Assembly (NCBI GenBank): GCA_964236475.1
Contig: CAXSED010000004.1
Span: forward strand, 5,890 to 69,889
Reading direction: 5' to 3'
From: an uncultured Chthoniobacterales bacterium
GTDB lineage: Bacteria > Verrucomicrobiota > Verrucomicrobiia > Chthoniobacterales > SZAS-18
DNA: 64,000 nt
Below the pieces are notes generated by a model. It was not told the origin of the DNA. It searched no databases and saw nothing but the letters and a program-made list of their open reading frames with translations. This document shows positions 8,961 to 18,527 of the stretch, piece after piece. A program made the translations under genes and the position numbers. Position 1 is the stretch's first letter. Each line of letters starts with the position of its first letter.

Positions 8961-10304
8961 TCAGTTGGTAGCAGGCAGGATTTGGGTGAGTTGCTCGTGT
9001 CCTTGCTGGCGGGTCGACCGTTCGTCCAGTCCCTGCCGAAGCAGCGACTCGAACGCCCCCCGGCGCTCGACCGCAAGGTCGAGTTTGGGATTGGAACCGC
9101 GCGCATAGGCGCCGACGCTGATGAGGTCCTCGTTGCGGCGGTAGACGGCCATCAGGTCGCGCGCCAGCCCGACCTGCGCCAGCTGCGCGGGGGTGGACAC
9201 TTCCCGGTTGAGACGGCTGATGCTTTCGAGCACGTCGATGGCGGGAAAATGGTTCGCCGTGGCCAAGGCGCGGGTCAGGACGATGTGGCCGTCGAGGATG
9301 CCGCGCACGGTGTCGGCGACGGGTTCGTTGAGGTCGTCGCCCTCGACGAGCACGGTGTAAAAGGCCGTGATGGTGCCGCGCTCCCCCGCCCCGGTGCGCT
9401 CCAACAAGCGGGGCAGCAGCGCGAAAACGCTGGGCGGATAGCCCCGGCTGGCTGGTGGCTCGCCGACGGCGAGACCGATCTCGCGCTGGGCCATGGCAAA
9501 ACGCGTCACCGAATCCATCATGAACAGCACGCTGCGGCCCTGGTCGCGGAACCACTCGGCGACGGCGGTGGCCGTCAACGCAGCGCGCAGGCGCACCGGC
9601 GCGGGCTGGTCGGAAGTGGCCGCGACCACCACCGAACGCGCCATGCCAGCCTCGCCGAGGTCTTTTTCGATGAACTCGCGCAGCTCGCGGCCCCGCTCGC
9701 CGATGAGCGCGATGACGTTGATGTCCGCTTCCGAGCCTTTGGCGATCATGCCCATGAGGCTCGACTTGCCGACCCCGCTGCCCGCGAAGATGCCCAAACG
9801 CTGTCCACGGCCCACCGGGGTAAACAGGTCGATGGCGCGCACGCCGGTCTCGAACGACTGCCGGATGCGCTCACGGCGCAGTGGGTTCGGCGGCACCCCC
9901 TTCATCGGATACGAGGCAGCGGCGTCGCGCAAGGGGCCGTGTCCATCCATCGGGTTACCCAAGCCGTCCAGAATCCGTCCGATCAGTCCGGGTCCCACGG
10001 AAAGCGTCGAGGCGGAAGGGCAGGCGACGACTTCCACCCCCGGCCCGATGGCGCCGATTTCCCCCAGAGGCATGAGCAACAGCCGGTGTTCACGGAAACC
10101 GACCACCTCGGCGTACAGCGGCGGCGCGGAGGTCGCGCCCGGGCGATGACCCTCGGCGCGGGGACGGATTTCGCACACGTCGCCCAAACCGACGTTGGGG
10201 CCGTCCGTCTCGACGACCAAGCCGGTGACCTGCGCCACACGCCCAATCTTTTGCACAGGCGGAAGCGTAGCGAGACGCTGGGCAAAAGTATCGAATTCAA
10301 ACAT
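8961..10304 (-). CDS. fliI: Flagellar export ATPase FliI
   Basis: GRGQRLGIFAGSGVGKS Walker A, DSVTRFAMAQREIGL, ILDGHIVL. Confidence 0.96.
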   Translation of the reverse strand: MFEFDTFAQRLATLPPVQKIGRVAQVTGLVVETDGPNVGLGDVCEIRPRAEGHRPGATSAPPLYAEVVGFREHRLLLMPLGEIGAIGPGVEVVACPSASTLSVGPGLIGRILDGLGNPMDGHGPLRDAAASYPMKGVPPNPLRRERIRQSFETGVRAIDLFTPVGRGQRLGIFAGSGVGKSSLMGMIAKGSEADINVIALIGERGRELREFIEKDLGEAGMARSVVVAATSDQPAPVRLRAALTATAVAEWFRDQGRSVLFMMDSVTRFAMAQREIGLAVGEPPASRGYPPSVFALLPRLLERTGAGERGTITAFYTVLVEGDDLNEPVADTVRGILDGHIVLTRALATANHFPAIDVLESISRLNREVSTPAQLAQVGLARDLMAVYRRNEDLISVGAYARGSNPKLDLAVERRGAFESLLRQGLDERSTRQQGHEQLTQILPATN

Positions 10305-10709
10305 GGCGGGAAAATCGAGAGGTCGTGCTCCCAGACAGATACGGAATGGTTCGCAGCCCCAGCAAAGCAGCGAAAACCACCGTTACACACTGGGAAACAG
10401 CCTCGCCCGCTGAGCAAAGCACCTTCTGTACCGGGGATAGCGCCCAGCGTCTTGCGCTGGCTGCCAAGCGGAGATCTCAACAAGGAACTGAATCGCTAGG
10501 CAAAATTTGCCGTGCGACGGACGAAACTGTTTTCGTTCGCTCATCCGCGCCCACTCGCCGACGACTGTCGCCACCGTCCCATGAAGTCAGTCGGCCACGT
10601 TTGCCTGTCGTTTTTGCCTCCCCAAGAAGCTTAGTTGTTGACGATACAGCAAAACGCGGATAAATGAAGCGGACGGGTGAGAATGGAGAGCCAACGATCC
10701 CGAACCAAA

Positions 10710-10783
10710 GCACCCGTAGCTCAATTGGATAGAGCATCTGACTACGGATCAGAAGGTTTGAAGTTCGAGTCTTCACGGGTGCA
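10710..10783 (+). tRNA. tRNA-Arg(ACG)
   Basis: Acceptor GCACCCG/CGGGTGC, anticodon arm TCTGA-CTACGGA-TCAGA, T-loop TTCGAGT; CCA not encoded. Confidence 0.95.
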
Positions 10784-11819
10784 GCCTTCAACGCCAACGG
10801 GTTAAGCCCGGTTTTCGGCGGAGGGTCAAAAAAGGTCAGCCGCCAGCATCCGCCACTAGGTCTCCGCCAGAGGCAAACCGGCAGGATTGGTGAGGATTGT
10901 GCGTTTTCGAGCCGCCCAAGCACTTTCAGGCCGATCTCAGCCGCAAAACCAAGGGGCGTCCGGGTGAGAATGGGCATCGTTCGTAGGCGATCTGCGCGAA
11001 CTGCCCTTCTCCGTCCACGCCAGCCACCCGTTCAACCGGCGCTTCTTCGACATCTACCTACCGTTGCCCACCCATGATGACCTTTGCTCCTGCTCCCATC
11101 ACGGTCCGTGAAACTGGCGCAGAGCCCCGACACGTTGAGCGCGTTCTACTGGCAGCCCGTTGCATGCACACCCCCCGAATATTCCACACCTTTTCCGTGT
11201 CACGAGTTTCCGCCCGCCGGGTCATCGCTCCCTTTCGACCTGAATGGTCACGTCAGCTTTCGCCTCACCTGCGAAGGCATTGAGCACCTCTACGCGTTTC
11301 ACGAGAGCGAGGGCATCGCCACCGACGGTCCCGCGATTGACCCGGACGGTTGATGCCGGATGCAACTCCATGAGTCCATGCTGATCTACGGAGAAAAGAT
11401 GCTCCCGGGACTTCCGCCCATGGTCCACCCGGCGACGATCCTTGTTCATTTGTCCATCGAAGGCTGAAGTCAACTTTTTCGCTCCCGATGACCCTGATAT
11501 CTCTGTTCTCCCGTTTTGCCAACGCCCTGCCGCCGTACCCTGGACGTAGAGCCGCCGCCGAAGGAACCAGTACCCGCGAGGTCAACCGGCTGCTCGCCCA
11601 CGGCTGGCGGCTGCTCCTGTGGTCAATGTGACCGACGACGGCGGCGGGTAGGTCCGGCACAACAAAAGGAACTCCGCGTGCGTACGGGTTGAACCTGTGC
11701 GGTCGCGGACTATCCGTTTCCACCGCTGGCGACTGGTGATACTCACGGTTAGAGGATGAATGGCAGTCTCGCTTTCTCCGGTGCCAACACAAAACCCAGG
11801 TGGATGCGTCCTGCGGCCA

Positions 11820-13052
11820 CTAACCGAGCAACAAACCCGCCAACGCCGCTGACAGCAGATTGGCAAGGCTGCCGGCCAGTAACGCCCGCAGTCCAAACTT
11901 GGCGATCAGTGGACGTTGGTTGGGAGCGAGGTTGCCCGTTACCGCCATCTGGATGGCAATGGAAGAGAAGTTGGCAAAACCGCAGAGCGCAAAGGTGACC
12001 ACCCCTATCGTCTGCTCTGACAATCCCTTGCCGAGTGTCTCCAAGTGGAGAAACGCGACGAATTCGTTCAAGACGATCTTTTCGCCGAACAGCCCGCCCG
12101 CCGCCACCGCCTCCGTCCACGGTACGTTGAGCAGATACATGATCGGTGCGAAGACATATCCGAGGATCATCTGGAAACTCAGTTGCGGCTCCCCGAACCA
12201 TCTTCCCACGGCACCTAACAACCCGTTGGCCAAGGCCACCAACGCGACGAACGCCAGCACCGTTGCCCCGACCGCTACCGCGAGCCTCACCCCGAGCTGT
12301 GCGCCCTGCGCGGCGGCCATGATGATGTTGGCAGGCTTTTCCTCGCCATGCCCCTCATCAATGATCTCGACCGGGTCCTGCGTCAAAGCAGCGGAGTCAT
12401 CCGGCATCATCAGCTTGGCCATCAGAATGCCCCCCGGAGCCGACATGAAGGAAGCCGCGAGCAAATAGTCGATCCGGATGCCCATCGAAGCGTACGCAGC
12501 CAGCACCGTGCCAGCGACGCCCGACATGCCGCTGGTCATCACCATGAACAATTGCGACGGGCCAAGGCTGGCGATGTAGGGCCGGATCACCAACGGCGAC
12601 TCGGTCTGGCCGACGAAGATGTCCGCCGCCACGCAGAGCGATTCGACCTTGCTCACCCCGGTGACTTTCTGGATGGCGCCCCCGACGATGCGCACGAGCC
12701 ACTGCATAACGTGCAGGTGGTAGAGGATCGAGACGAGGGCGGCGAAAAAGATGATCACCGGCAGCGCCGCAATGGCAAAACTTTTTCCGCCCACCGTGGG
12801 CGCGGCAAGATGGCCGAAGATGAACTGCGTGCCTGCCTGACTGTAGCCGAGCAAGGCGGAGACGCCTTTCGCCATCCAGCCGATGGCAGCACGCCCGGCG
12901 GGCACATGGAGGACGAGCACCGCAATCCCCACCTGCATGGCGAACGCTGCACCTACGACCCGCAGCCGGATCATCCGCCGATCCGTGGAGAGCAGCACGG
13001 CCACGCCGAGGATGATGGCGATGCCGAGAATGCCAATTGGATATTTGCCCAT
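11820..13052 (-). CDS. nupC: NupC/CNT-family nucleoside:cation symporter
   Basis: IFVGQTESPLVIRPYI, EKIVLNEFVAF and FALCGFANFSSIAI motifs; start at MGKY inferred. Confidence 0.93.
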   Translation of the reverse strand: MGKYPIGILGIAIILGVAVLLSTDRRMIRLRVVGAAFAMQVGIAVLVLHVPAGRAAIGWMAKGVSALLGYSQAGTQFIFGHLAAPTVGGKSFAIAALPVIIFFAALVSILYHLHVMQWLVRIVGGAIQKVTGVSKVESLCVAADIFVGQTESPLVIRPYIASLGPSQLFMVMTSGMSGVAGTVLAAYASMGIRIDYLLAASFMSAPGGILMAKLMMPDDSAALTQDPVEIIDEGHGEEKPANIIMAAAQGAQLGVRLAVAVGATVLAFVALVALANGLLGAVGRWFGEPQLSFQMILGYVFAPIMYLLNVPWTEAVAAGGLFGEKIVLNEFVAFLHLETLGKGLSEQTIGVVTFALCGFANFSSIAIQMAVTGNLAPNQRPLIAKFGLRALLAGSLANLLSAALAGLLLG

Positions 13053-13259
13053 GATCAAATCGCCCGTTTCCCTGCATCGAATGTGATCCAAACCGAACGC
13101 GCGGACTGCTTATATCCGGACGGCGCCAATCATGCGAGTTTTCCGTTACTGAGCACCGGAGATTTTCTCTCTGAGGTGATGCGTGGAGTAACGTTTATGT
13201 CTGGCCCCTGCGGTCGCGGAGTCCTGTCTGCACCGATGGCGTCACTCGACAAAGCCGAC

Positions 13260-15005
13260 TCAGGGGCCTCGACTCGAAGCAAGCGGACTGAGGGCACCCA
13301 GGCGAGCCGCACGCAGAGCCGGTGAGGAAAGCGAGTTCGCCAGATTGAGAGCGAGCACCGGTTGTTGCGATCCAAGCAGGTCGGCGGCTTCATCGAGCGC
13401 TGCATCACGGATCGCACCGACCGGCAATGACTGCGCCCAAGCCAGCGCGCCGCTCACATCCCGAGCAAGCCATTGTTGCTCCACGGACCGCACGTGGTCG
13501 ATTTGCGTGTTTCCCTCCGGTTCGGACTCGACCCAGCGTGCCGCCGCCGCAGGGTCGTTGTCCGACCAACGGGCAACCACTGCGTCGACGGCCAAAGCGC
13601 GGATGTCGTCGATGGGGAAGGCTTGCGCCCACGCCAAAGCGGAGGCCGGATCGTTCTGCGCCAGCACGGGTGCCACGGCGAGCAAGGCGCGAGGTTGGTC
13701 CGCCTCGCTTAACGTCGGCACGAAGTCCGCCGCCGCCGCCGGATTGCTCGTGACCCAATAAGAAAGCGCACCGCCAAGGGCTTCCTGCCGGGTGGCGCTG
13801 TCGACGTTTGCACCGGCAGCCCAGCGGGTAGCTGCTTCGGCGTCACTGCGTGCCCAGGAAGAAGCGATGTTCACCATGGCGCCGTTGCGGGCCGAAACAC
13901 CATTGAGGGAATTCGCCCACGAAATCGTACCTGCGGGATCGGTGACCGCCAGGTCAGCCGCAAGGTGCGCGGCGGCAACATCCTGATCTGTACCGGGCGG
14001 CATCCCGGAGACGTATCTCTTGCTGTCCTCCGGCTGGTCCCGGCTCCAGACATCCAGCACATTGTTGAGCGCTGCCAGATGTAAATCACCCGCGGGCAGC
14101 GTGCCGACCCAGGCGAGGGCATCCGCTGGGTGCCGTGCCGCTAGCAAGCGCGCGACGTTGAGAGCAGCCGTCGTTTGAACCTCTCCCGCGGGCAGGTCCC
14201 GCACGAACACGCTCGCCGCTTCCGGGTTTTCGAGGCTAAACGAGCGTAAACTCGCCGCCAGGATACGCGCGGAAGCTTCGCCCGCCAGAAACCGGTGCGC
14301 CAGATCGACAGCGCGCAAAGGCTCGGACCTGGCGAGGATTGCGGCGACAGATTCGACGGCGACCGCTTGTCCGCCTGCAAGATCCAACGATTCTGCCCAA
14401 GCCAGAGCCGCCGCCGGATCCCGTTCGGCCCAGACGGATGACAGCGCGCGCAATGCGACGACGCGGCTGTCTCCGGGAACCAAATCTAGGGCTTGCACGG
14501 CACGCTGGGGGTTCATGTCCGTAAGTCGTGCGAAAAGCAGGCTATAAATCGCCGCTTGTTTGCGAGTGGAAACCATTTCCCGCGCCAACCGCAAAGCACG
14601 TTCCGGGTTCGTTTTCCCGATCCCATCCAGGACAATCAACAGAGCGGGCGTGTACCCTCGTCTTTCGACCCGGTGGCGAACGTAATCCAGGGCAGCATCG
14701 GGGTCTTCCTGTAGCCAACCGCGCACCGCGTTGCCAAATGCCATCGAACGCTCGTTGCGATCTTGGAGGCGCAATGTCCGCGCAAGCACGGCAGGCCAAT
14801 CGACGGGTGCGCTGGCCGCCGGAGTCGCCACCGAGCCAGATCGAGCCGGACGCCGAGCCGACTCGCGGATGGCCAACTTGAGGGCGGATATCTGCCCCCA
14901 ACGCGCGGAATCGTCGTGGCGCAACTTCCACCCGCCCCACACTAATCCGACCACAGCGAACATACCGGCCAGCAACCAAGCAGCGCGTTGATGAAACCAC
15001 GTCAT
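13260..15005 (-). CDS. Membrane-anchored tandem helical-repeat protein of unknown function
   Basis: N-terminal TM, then >10 imperfect repeats of W-x3-DP-x-AA-x2-WA-x2-LP; start at MTWFH, 13 bp after the nuclease stop. Confidence 0.7.
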   Translation of the reverse strand: MTWFHQRAAWLLAGMFAVVGLVWGGWKLRHDDSARWGQISALKLAIRESARRPARSGSVATPAASAPVDWPAVLARTLRLQDRNERSMAFGNAVRGWLQEDPDAALDYVRHRVERRGYTPALLIVLDGIGKTNPERALRLAREMVSTRKQAAIYSLLFARLTDMNPQRAVQALDLVPGDSRVVALRALSSVWAERDPAAALAWAESLDLAGGQAVAVESVAAILARSEPLRAVDLAHRFLAGEASARILAASLRSFSLENPEAASVFVRDLPAGEVQTTAALNVARLLAARHPADALAWVGTLPAGDLHLAALNNVLDVWSRDQPEDSKRYVSGMPPGTDQDVAAAHLAADLAVTDPAGTISWANSLNGVSARNGAMVNIASSWARSDAEAATRWAAGANVDSATRQEALGGALSYWVTSNPAAAADFVPTLSEADQPRALLAVAPVLAQNDPASALAWAQAFPIDDIRALAVDAVVARWSDNDPAAAARWVESEPEGNTQIDHVRSVEQQWLARDVSGALAWAQSLPVGAIRDAALDEAADLLGSQQPVLALNLANSLSSPALRAARLGALSPLASSRGP

Positions 15006-15018
15006 TCGATGCGCACGC

Positions 15019-16716
15019 TCAATTGTGAGGAACCGGTGTGGCGGCCGTGAAGTCGGCGGAGTTGTCGTTGGTATCCATCGTTCCACTGCCCCCGCGCTCG
15101 GCTGCGGTCGATGAAGTCAGCGTCGGAGCAGCACCCGAGCCTTCGTAGGCATTCGCGGTGCCGTATCCGACGAAATCGATCACGGTCGCAGTCCCGACCG
15201 GATTGCTCGTCGTCAACAGTGTTTGCGTGTTGGTCAGTGCCACCTTGCCGCTCGCGGACGAAAGGTTCACGGTGCCGGTGGCCTCGGGCGTCGGCAACGC
15301 TTTTACGGTGGTGCTGCCCGCTGCCTCCTGCACGAGGTAATAGTGACCGGCGGCCACCGTGCCGCTCAGGTTGGTGGCGGACCAACTGCTGCCCGTGGCG
15401 CTGGCATATTGCACCGCATAGTTGCTCAAATTCACGCTCGATGACCCAGCGTTGTAGAGTTCGATGAAGTCGTTGGTGTAGGTCGCTCCGCTGTTGCCGC
15501 CACCGCCGTATACCTGACTGATGACAAGACCGCCGCCTGCCGTGATCGTAAAGGTGCCCGAACTGACCGCCGTGCCACCCGGTGTGGTGACGGCAATGGT
15601 GCCGGTCGTTGCACCGGTGGGGACGGTGGCCGTCAATTGGGTGTCGGAGTTCACGGTGAAGGCAGAGGCGTTCACTCCGTTGAACTTCACGGCGGAGGCA
15701 GAGGTTAGTCCCGACCCTGCCAATATAACGCTGCTGCCGACCGGACCCGACGCGGGCGAGAAACTGCTGATGGCAGGGGCAGGCGTTGGGGCAGTCGATG
15801 AGCTGTCTACCTTGGCCCGCAGCGCCGTCGCTACGCTGGCGGAAAGCGAGGTAAAAAAGGTGAACCCCGTGTCGGCCTGAATCTGGTTGGCGCTGGTCAC
15901 GTAGTTTGTCCAGGGGTCGCTTCGCACGCCGCTGATGTTCGGGATCTTGAGGGAAATGACCCGCGTGGAAACCGTCACCCTGCTCGCGGCGGTTCCGCTC
16001 CCTGCAGGAACAATGACGGCGATTTTCCAGGTGTAGCCGGGGATAGCCGCTTTGCCGCTCGGAATGTCGGTCCCATTGAAGTTGCTTGGCCCACAGATTA
16101 ACAGCAGTTCATTACCGTTTTGTGCCTGGGTCTGACAATAACTCTCGAAACTCTCCCAGACCCCCTCATTGTTGTCGGCGGTCTGCGGGATGATGTTGGA
16201 CATGTAGAACACCAGTTTGTTGTCCACCGTGGTGTCCGTGCGGTCGAGCGAAGGGCACATGTGCCCCCGGTCGTACCCGGAGTTCGTGTAATCGTTGCTT
16301 GTCACCTCGTAAAAGTCGGCCGGCAACGTGGTGTCCGCGTAGAAAGTGGATGATCGGCCCGCTGAACCAATGTCACTGCCGGTGAGGTCCCAGCTCGCCC
16401 AGTTGGGTTCGCCCAGGCTGTCGCTGAAATCGAGCGACTCCACCGTGCGCTGGATGAGAAAGTGATTGTGGTTGGTCGAATCCGCCGAAGCACCGCTCGG
16501 GTTGCCCAACTGCAGTTCCAGCGAAGCGTCGATGGTCGCTCGTGCTCTCAAGGATGGGGCCGTCAGGCAGGCAGCGACGAGCAAGGCGGTTGAGCCTCGA
16601 CGAAGCAAAGGTGCTTTGATGATGACAAACGATCTGCGTTGATTCCCCTTGATCATAATGACGATATGCCTGTCGGATGGGAGAGTGTGCGGATTGATGA
16701 AAGGATGCAACGACAA
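15019..16716 (-). CDS. Secreted DNA/RNA non-specific endonuclease with IPT/TIG and lamin-tail domains (start uncertain)
   Basis: YDRGHMCPS catalytic motif, FYMSNIIPQ and NNEGVW; ISSFSPASGPVGSSV (IPT); LVISQVYGGGGNSGATYTNDFIELYN (LTD); signal-peptide-like segment. Confidence 0.9.
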   Translation of the reverse strand: MSLHPFINPHTLPSDRHIVIMIKGNQRRSFVIIKAPLLRRGSTALLVAACLTAPSLRARATIDASLELQLGNPSGASADSTNHNHFLIQRTVESLDFSDSLGEPNWASWDLTGSDIGSAGRSSTFYADTTLPADFYEVTSNDYTNSGYDRGHMCPSLDRTDTTVDNKLVFYMSNIIPQTADNNEGVWESFESYCQTQAQNGNELLLICGPSNFNGTDIPSGKAAIPGYTWKIAVIVPAGSGTAASRVTVSTRVISLKIPNISGVRSDPWTNYVTSANQIQADTGFTFFTSLSASVATALRAKVDSSSTAPTPAPAISSFSPASGPVGSSVILAGSGLTSASAVKFNGVNASAFTVNSDTQLTATVPTGATTGTIAVTTPGGTAVSSGTFTITAGGGLVISQVYGGGGNSGATYTNDFIELYNAGSSSVNLSNYAVQYASATGSSWSATNLSGTVAAGHYYLVQEAAGSTTVKALPTPEATGTVNLSSASGKVALTNTQTLLTTSNPVGTATVIDFVGYGTANAYEGSGAAPTLTSSTAAERGGSGTMDTNDNSADFTAATPVPHN

Positions 16717-17024
16717 TCATTTGGGTGACAGAATCTTAACGAACCGTTGTTCCAGATTCACGGTGCCTGCCCCTACGTGGTAGCGTGTAACCATCCAAGT
16801 TTCGCCGCAGCTACCCGTCTACCCCTCATCCTCCCGCTGTTTGCTCCACCATCTATCCCGATCCGAATGCCGCGGCGTCCGAGCCAAATGGATACAAGCA
16901 GCGCAATGCAAACCGAAGAAAACACTGGCAACCCGCGCTGCATCGGTCTTTCCCCATCGGCGTTCCGGGCAAATGATATGCTGTAACCAAGAATTCCCTT
17001 GGATATTCGCTTTGTAAGCAGATT

Positions 17025-17741
17025 CTAAGTTCCCAGGTAAGCTTCACGGACCAGCGGGTTCCGTTTCAGAGCAGCGGAGGCATCTTGCAGGATGATCTTG
17101 CCGGTTTCCAGCACGTAGCCGTAATGGGAAATCTCCAGCGCGAGGTTAGCGTTTTGCTCGACAAGCAGGATCGTCATGCCGAGTTCCTTGTTGATCTCGA
17201 CGATCTTCGCAAAAATCGTTTTCACCAGCAGCGGTGCGATGCCGAGCGACGGCTCGTCGAGCATCAAAAATTCCGGTGTGCCGGTCAGAGCCCGGCCAAT
17301 GGCGAGCATCTGTTGTTCGCCGCCGGAGAGAGTGCCTGCCGCTTGCTTCTCGCGTTCCTTCAAACGGGGGAACACGCCGAACACATAGTCGAGGTCTTTC
17401 TGCCAACGCGCGCTTTTCTTAAGGCGGTAGGCACCCATTTTGAGATTTTCCAACACGGTCAGATTGGAAAAGATCATGCGGCCTTCGGGTACATGCGACA
17501 GGCCCTGCGCGACGATCTCGTGCGGCGGCAGGTTGGCGATGTTCTCGCCCTTGTAACGGATCGCTCCCACGCCGACCTTGGCCAACCCGGAAATGGCCCG
17601 GAGCGTCGTCGATTTGCCCGCGCCGTTGGCCCCGATCAGCGTGACGATGCTGCCCGCTTCCACCTTGAGCGAAATCCCATGCAGCGCGGCGATGGAGCCA
17701 TAGCTGACCCGAACGTTTTCGAGTTCAAGCATGGGCGGCAT
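17025..17741 (-). CDS. livF: Branched-chain amino acid ABC transporter ATPase
   Basis: GANGAGKS, LSGGEQQMLAIGRAL, LLVEQNA. Confidence 0.95.
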   Translation of the reverse strand: MPPMLELENVRVSYGSIAALHGISLKVEAGSIVTLIGANGAGKSTTLRAISGLAKVGVGAIRYKGENIANLPPHEIVAQGLSHVPEGRMIFSNLTVLENLKMGAYRLKKSARWQKDLDYVFGVFPRLKEREKQAAGTLSGGEQQMLAIGRALTGTPEFLMLDEPSLGIAPLLVKTIFAKIVEINKELGMTILLVEQNANLALEISHYGYVLETGKIILQDASAALKRNPLVREAYLGT

Positions 17742-18519
17742 CTCCTTCCTCTGCTGGCTGCTCGCCCAGGTAGGCCTCGATCACCTTCGGATTGCGCGTG
17801 ATTTCCGACGGGTTGCCCTCGGCGATTTTGACGCCGTGATCGAGCACGAGAATGCGCTCGCAAATCCCCATGACCACTTTCATGTCGTGCTCCACGAGCA
17901 GCACGGCAATCTCGAACTTGTCTTTGATGAAACGGATCAAACGGGTGAGTTCTTCTTTCTCGGTGGGGTTCATCCCGGCGGCGGGTTCGTCGAGTAACAG
18001 GAGCTTGGGCCGGGTCGCCAACGCACGGACGATTTCCAACCTGCGCTGGTCCCCATAAGCGAGGCTGGTGCAAAGTTCGTCGCGGCGTTTGCCCAGGTCG
18101 AAGATGTCGAGCAGCTCCATGACCTGCCGCTCGATTTCGGCCTCCTCACGGTAAAAGGCGGGCGTGCGCCAGAGCGAGTGGGAAAACCCGTGTGCCAGCC
18201 GCAGGTTGAAGGACGCGCGCACGTTGTCGAAAACGCTCAGCGAGCCGAAGAGCCGGATGTTCTGGAACGTGCGCGCAATCCCGGCCCGAGCGATTTTATT
18301 CGGCTTCAGACCGGCGACATTCCTGCCCTCGAACGTGATTTGCCCTGTGGTGGGTTTGTAGACGCCGGTGATGATGTTGAAAACGGTCGTCTTGCCCGCG
18401 CCGTTGGGGCCGATGAGGCCGATGAGGTCGCGGTCGCCGATCTGCATGTCCAGCTCGGACACGGCTTTCAGACCGCCGAACTGCACGGTGCATTGGTTGA
18501 CGTTGAGCAGGGCGGCCAT
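17725..18519 (-). CDS. livG: Branched-chain amino acid ABC transporter ATPase
   Basis: GPNGAGKTT, IARTFQNIRLF, LLDEPAAGMNP. Confidence 0.95.
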   Translation of the reverse strand: MAALLNVNQCTVQFGGLKAVSELDMQIGDRDLIGLIGPNGAGKTTVFNIITGVYKPTTGQITFEGRNVAGLKPNKIARAGIARTFQNIRLFGSLSVFDNVRASFNLRLAHGFSHSLWRTPAFYREEAEIERQVMELLDIFDLGKRRDELCTSLAYGDQRRLEIVRALATRPKLLLLDEPAAGMNPTEKEELTRLIRFIKDKFEIAVLLVEHDMKVVMGICERILVLDHGVKIAEGNPSEITRNPKVIEAYLGEQPAEEGDAAHA

Positions 18520-18527
18520 GGCAATGT

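Noticed and set aside
8457-10499. 680-aa plus-strand ORF
   Set aside because: Antisense shadow of fliI/fliJ, expected with GC-rich codon bias; no motifs
10499-10511. GGCAAAATTTGCC near-palindrome upstream of fliI as a sigma-54 promoter
   Set aside because: GG-to-GC spacing is 8, not 10; it may be an operator but nothing supports that
10970-11480. Short ORFs downstream of tRNA-Arg (11074, 11084, 11222)
   Set aside because: No start context or motif; at most decayed fragments
16749-16767. GTTCCAGATTCACGGTGCC as a degenerate direct repeat (attR) of the tRNA-Arg 3' end
   Set aside because: Needs two gaps and several mismatches in ~20 nt; could be chance, although the position fits an island boundary
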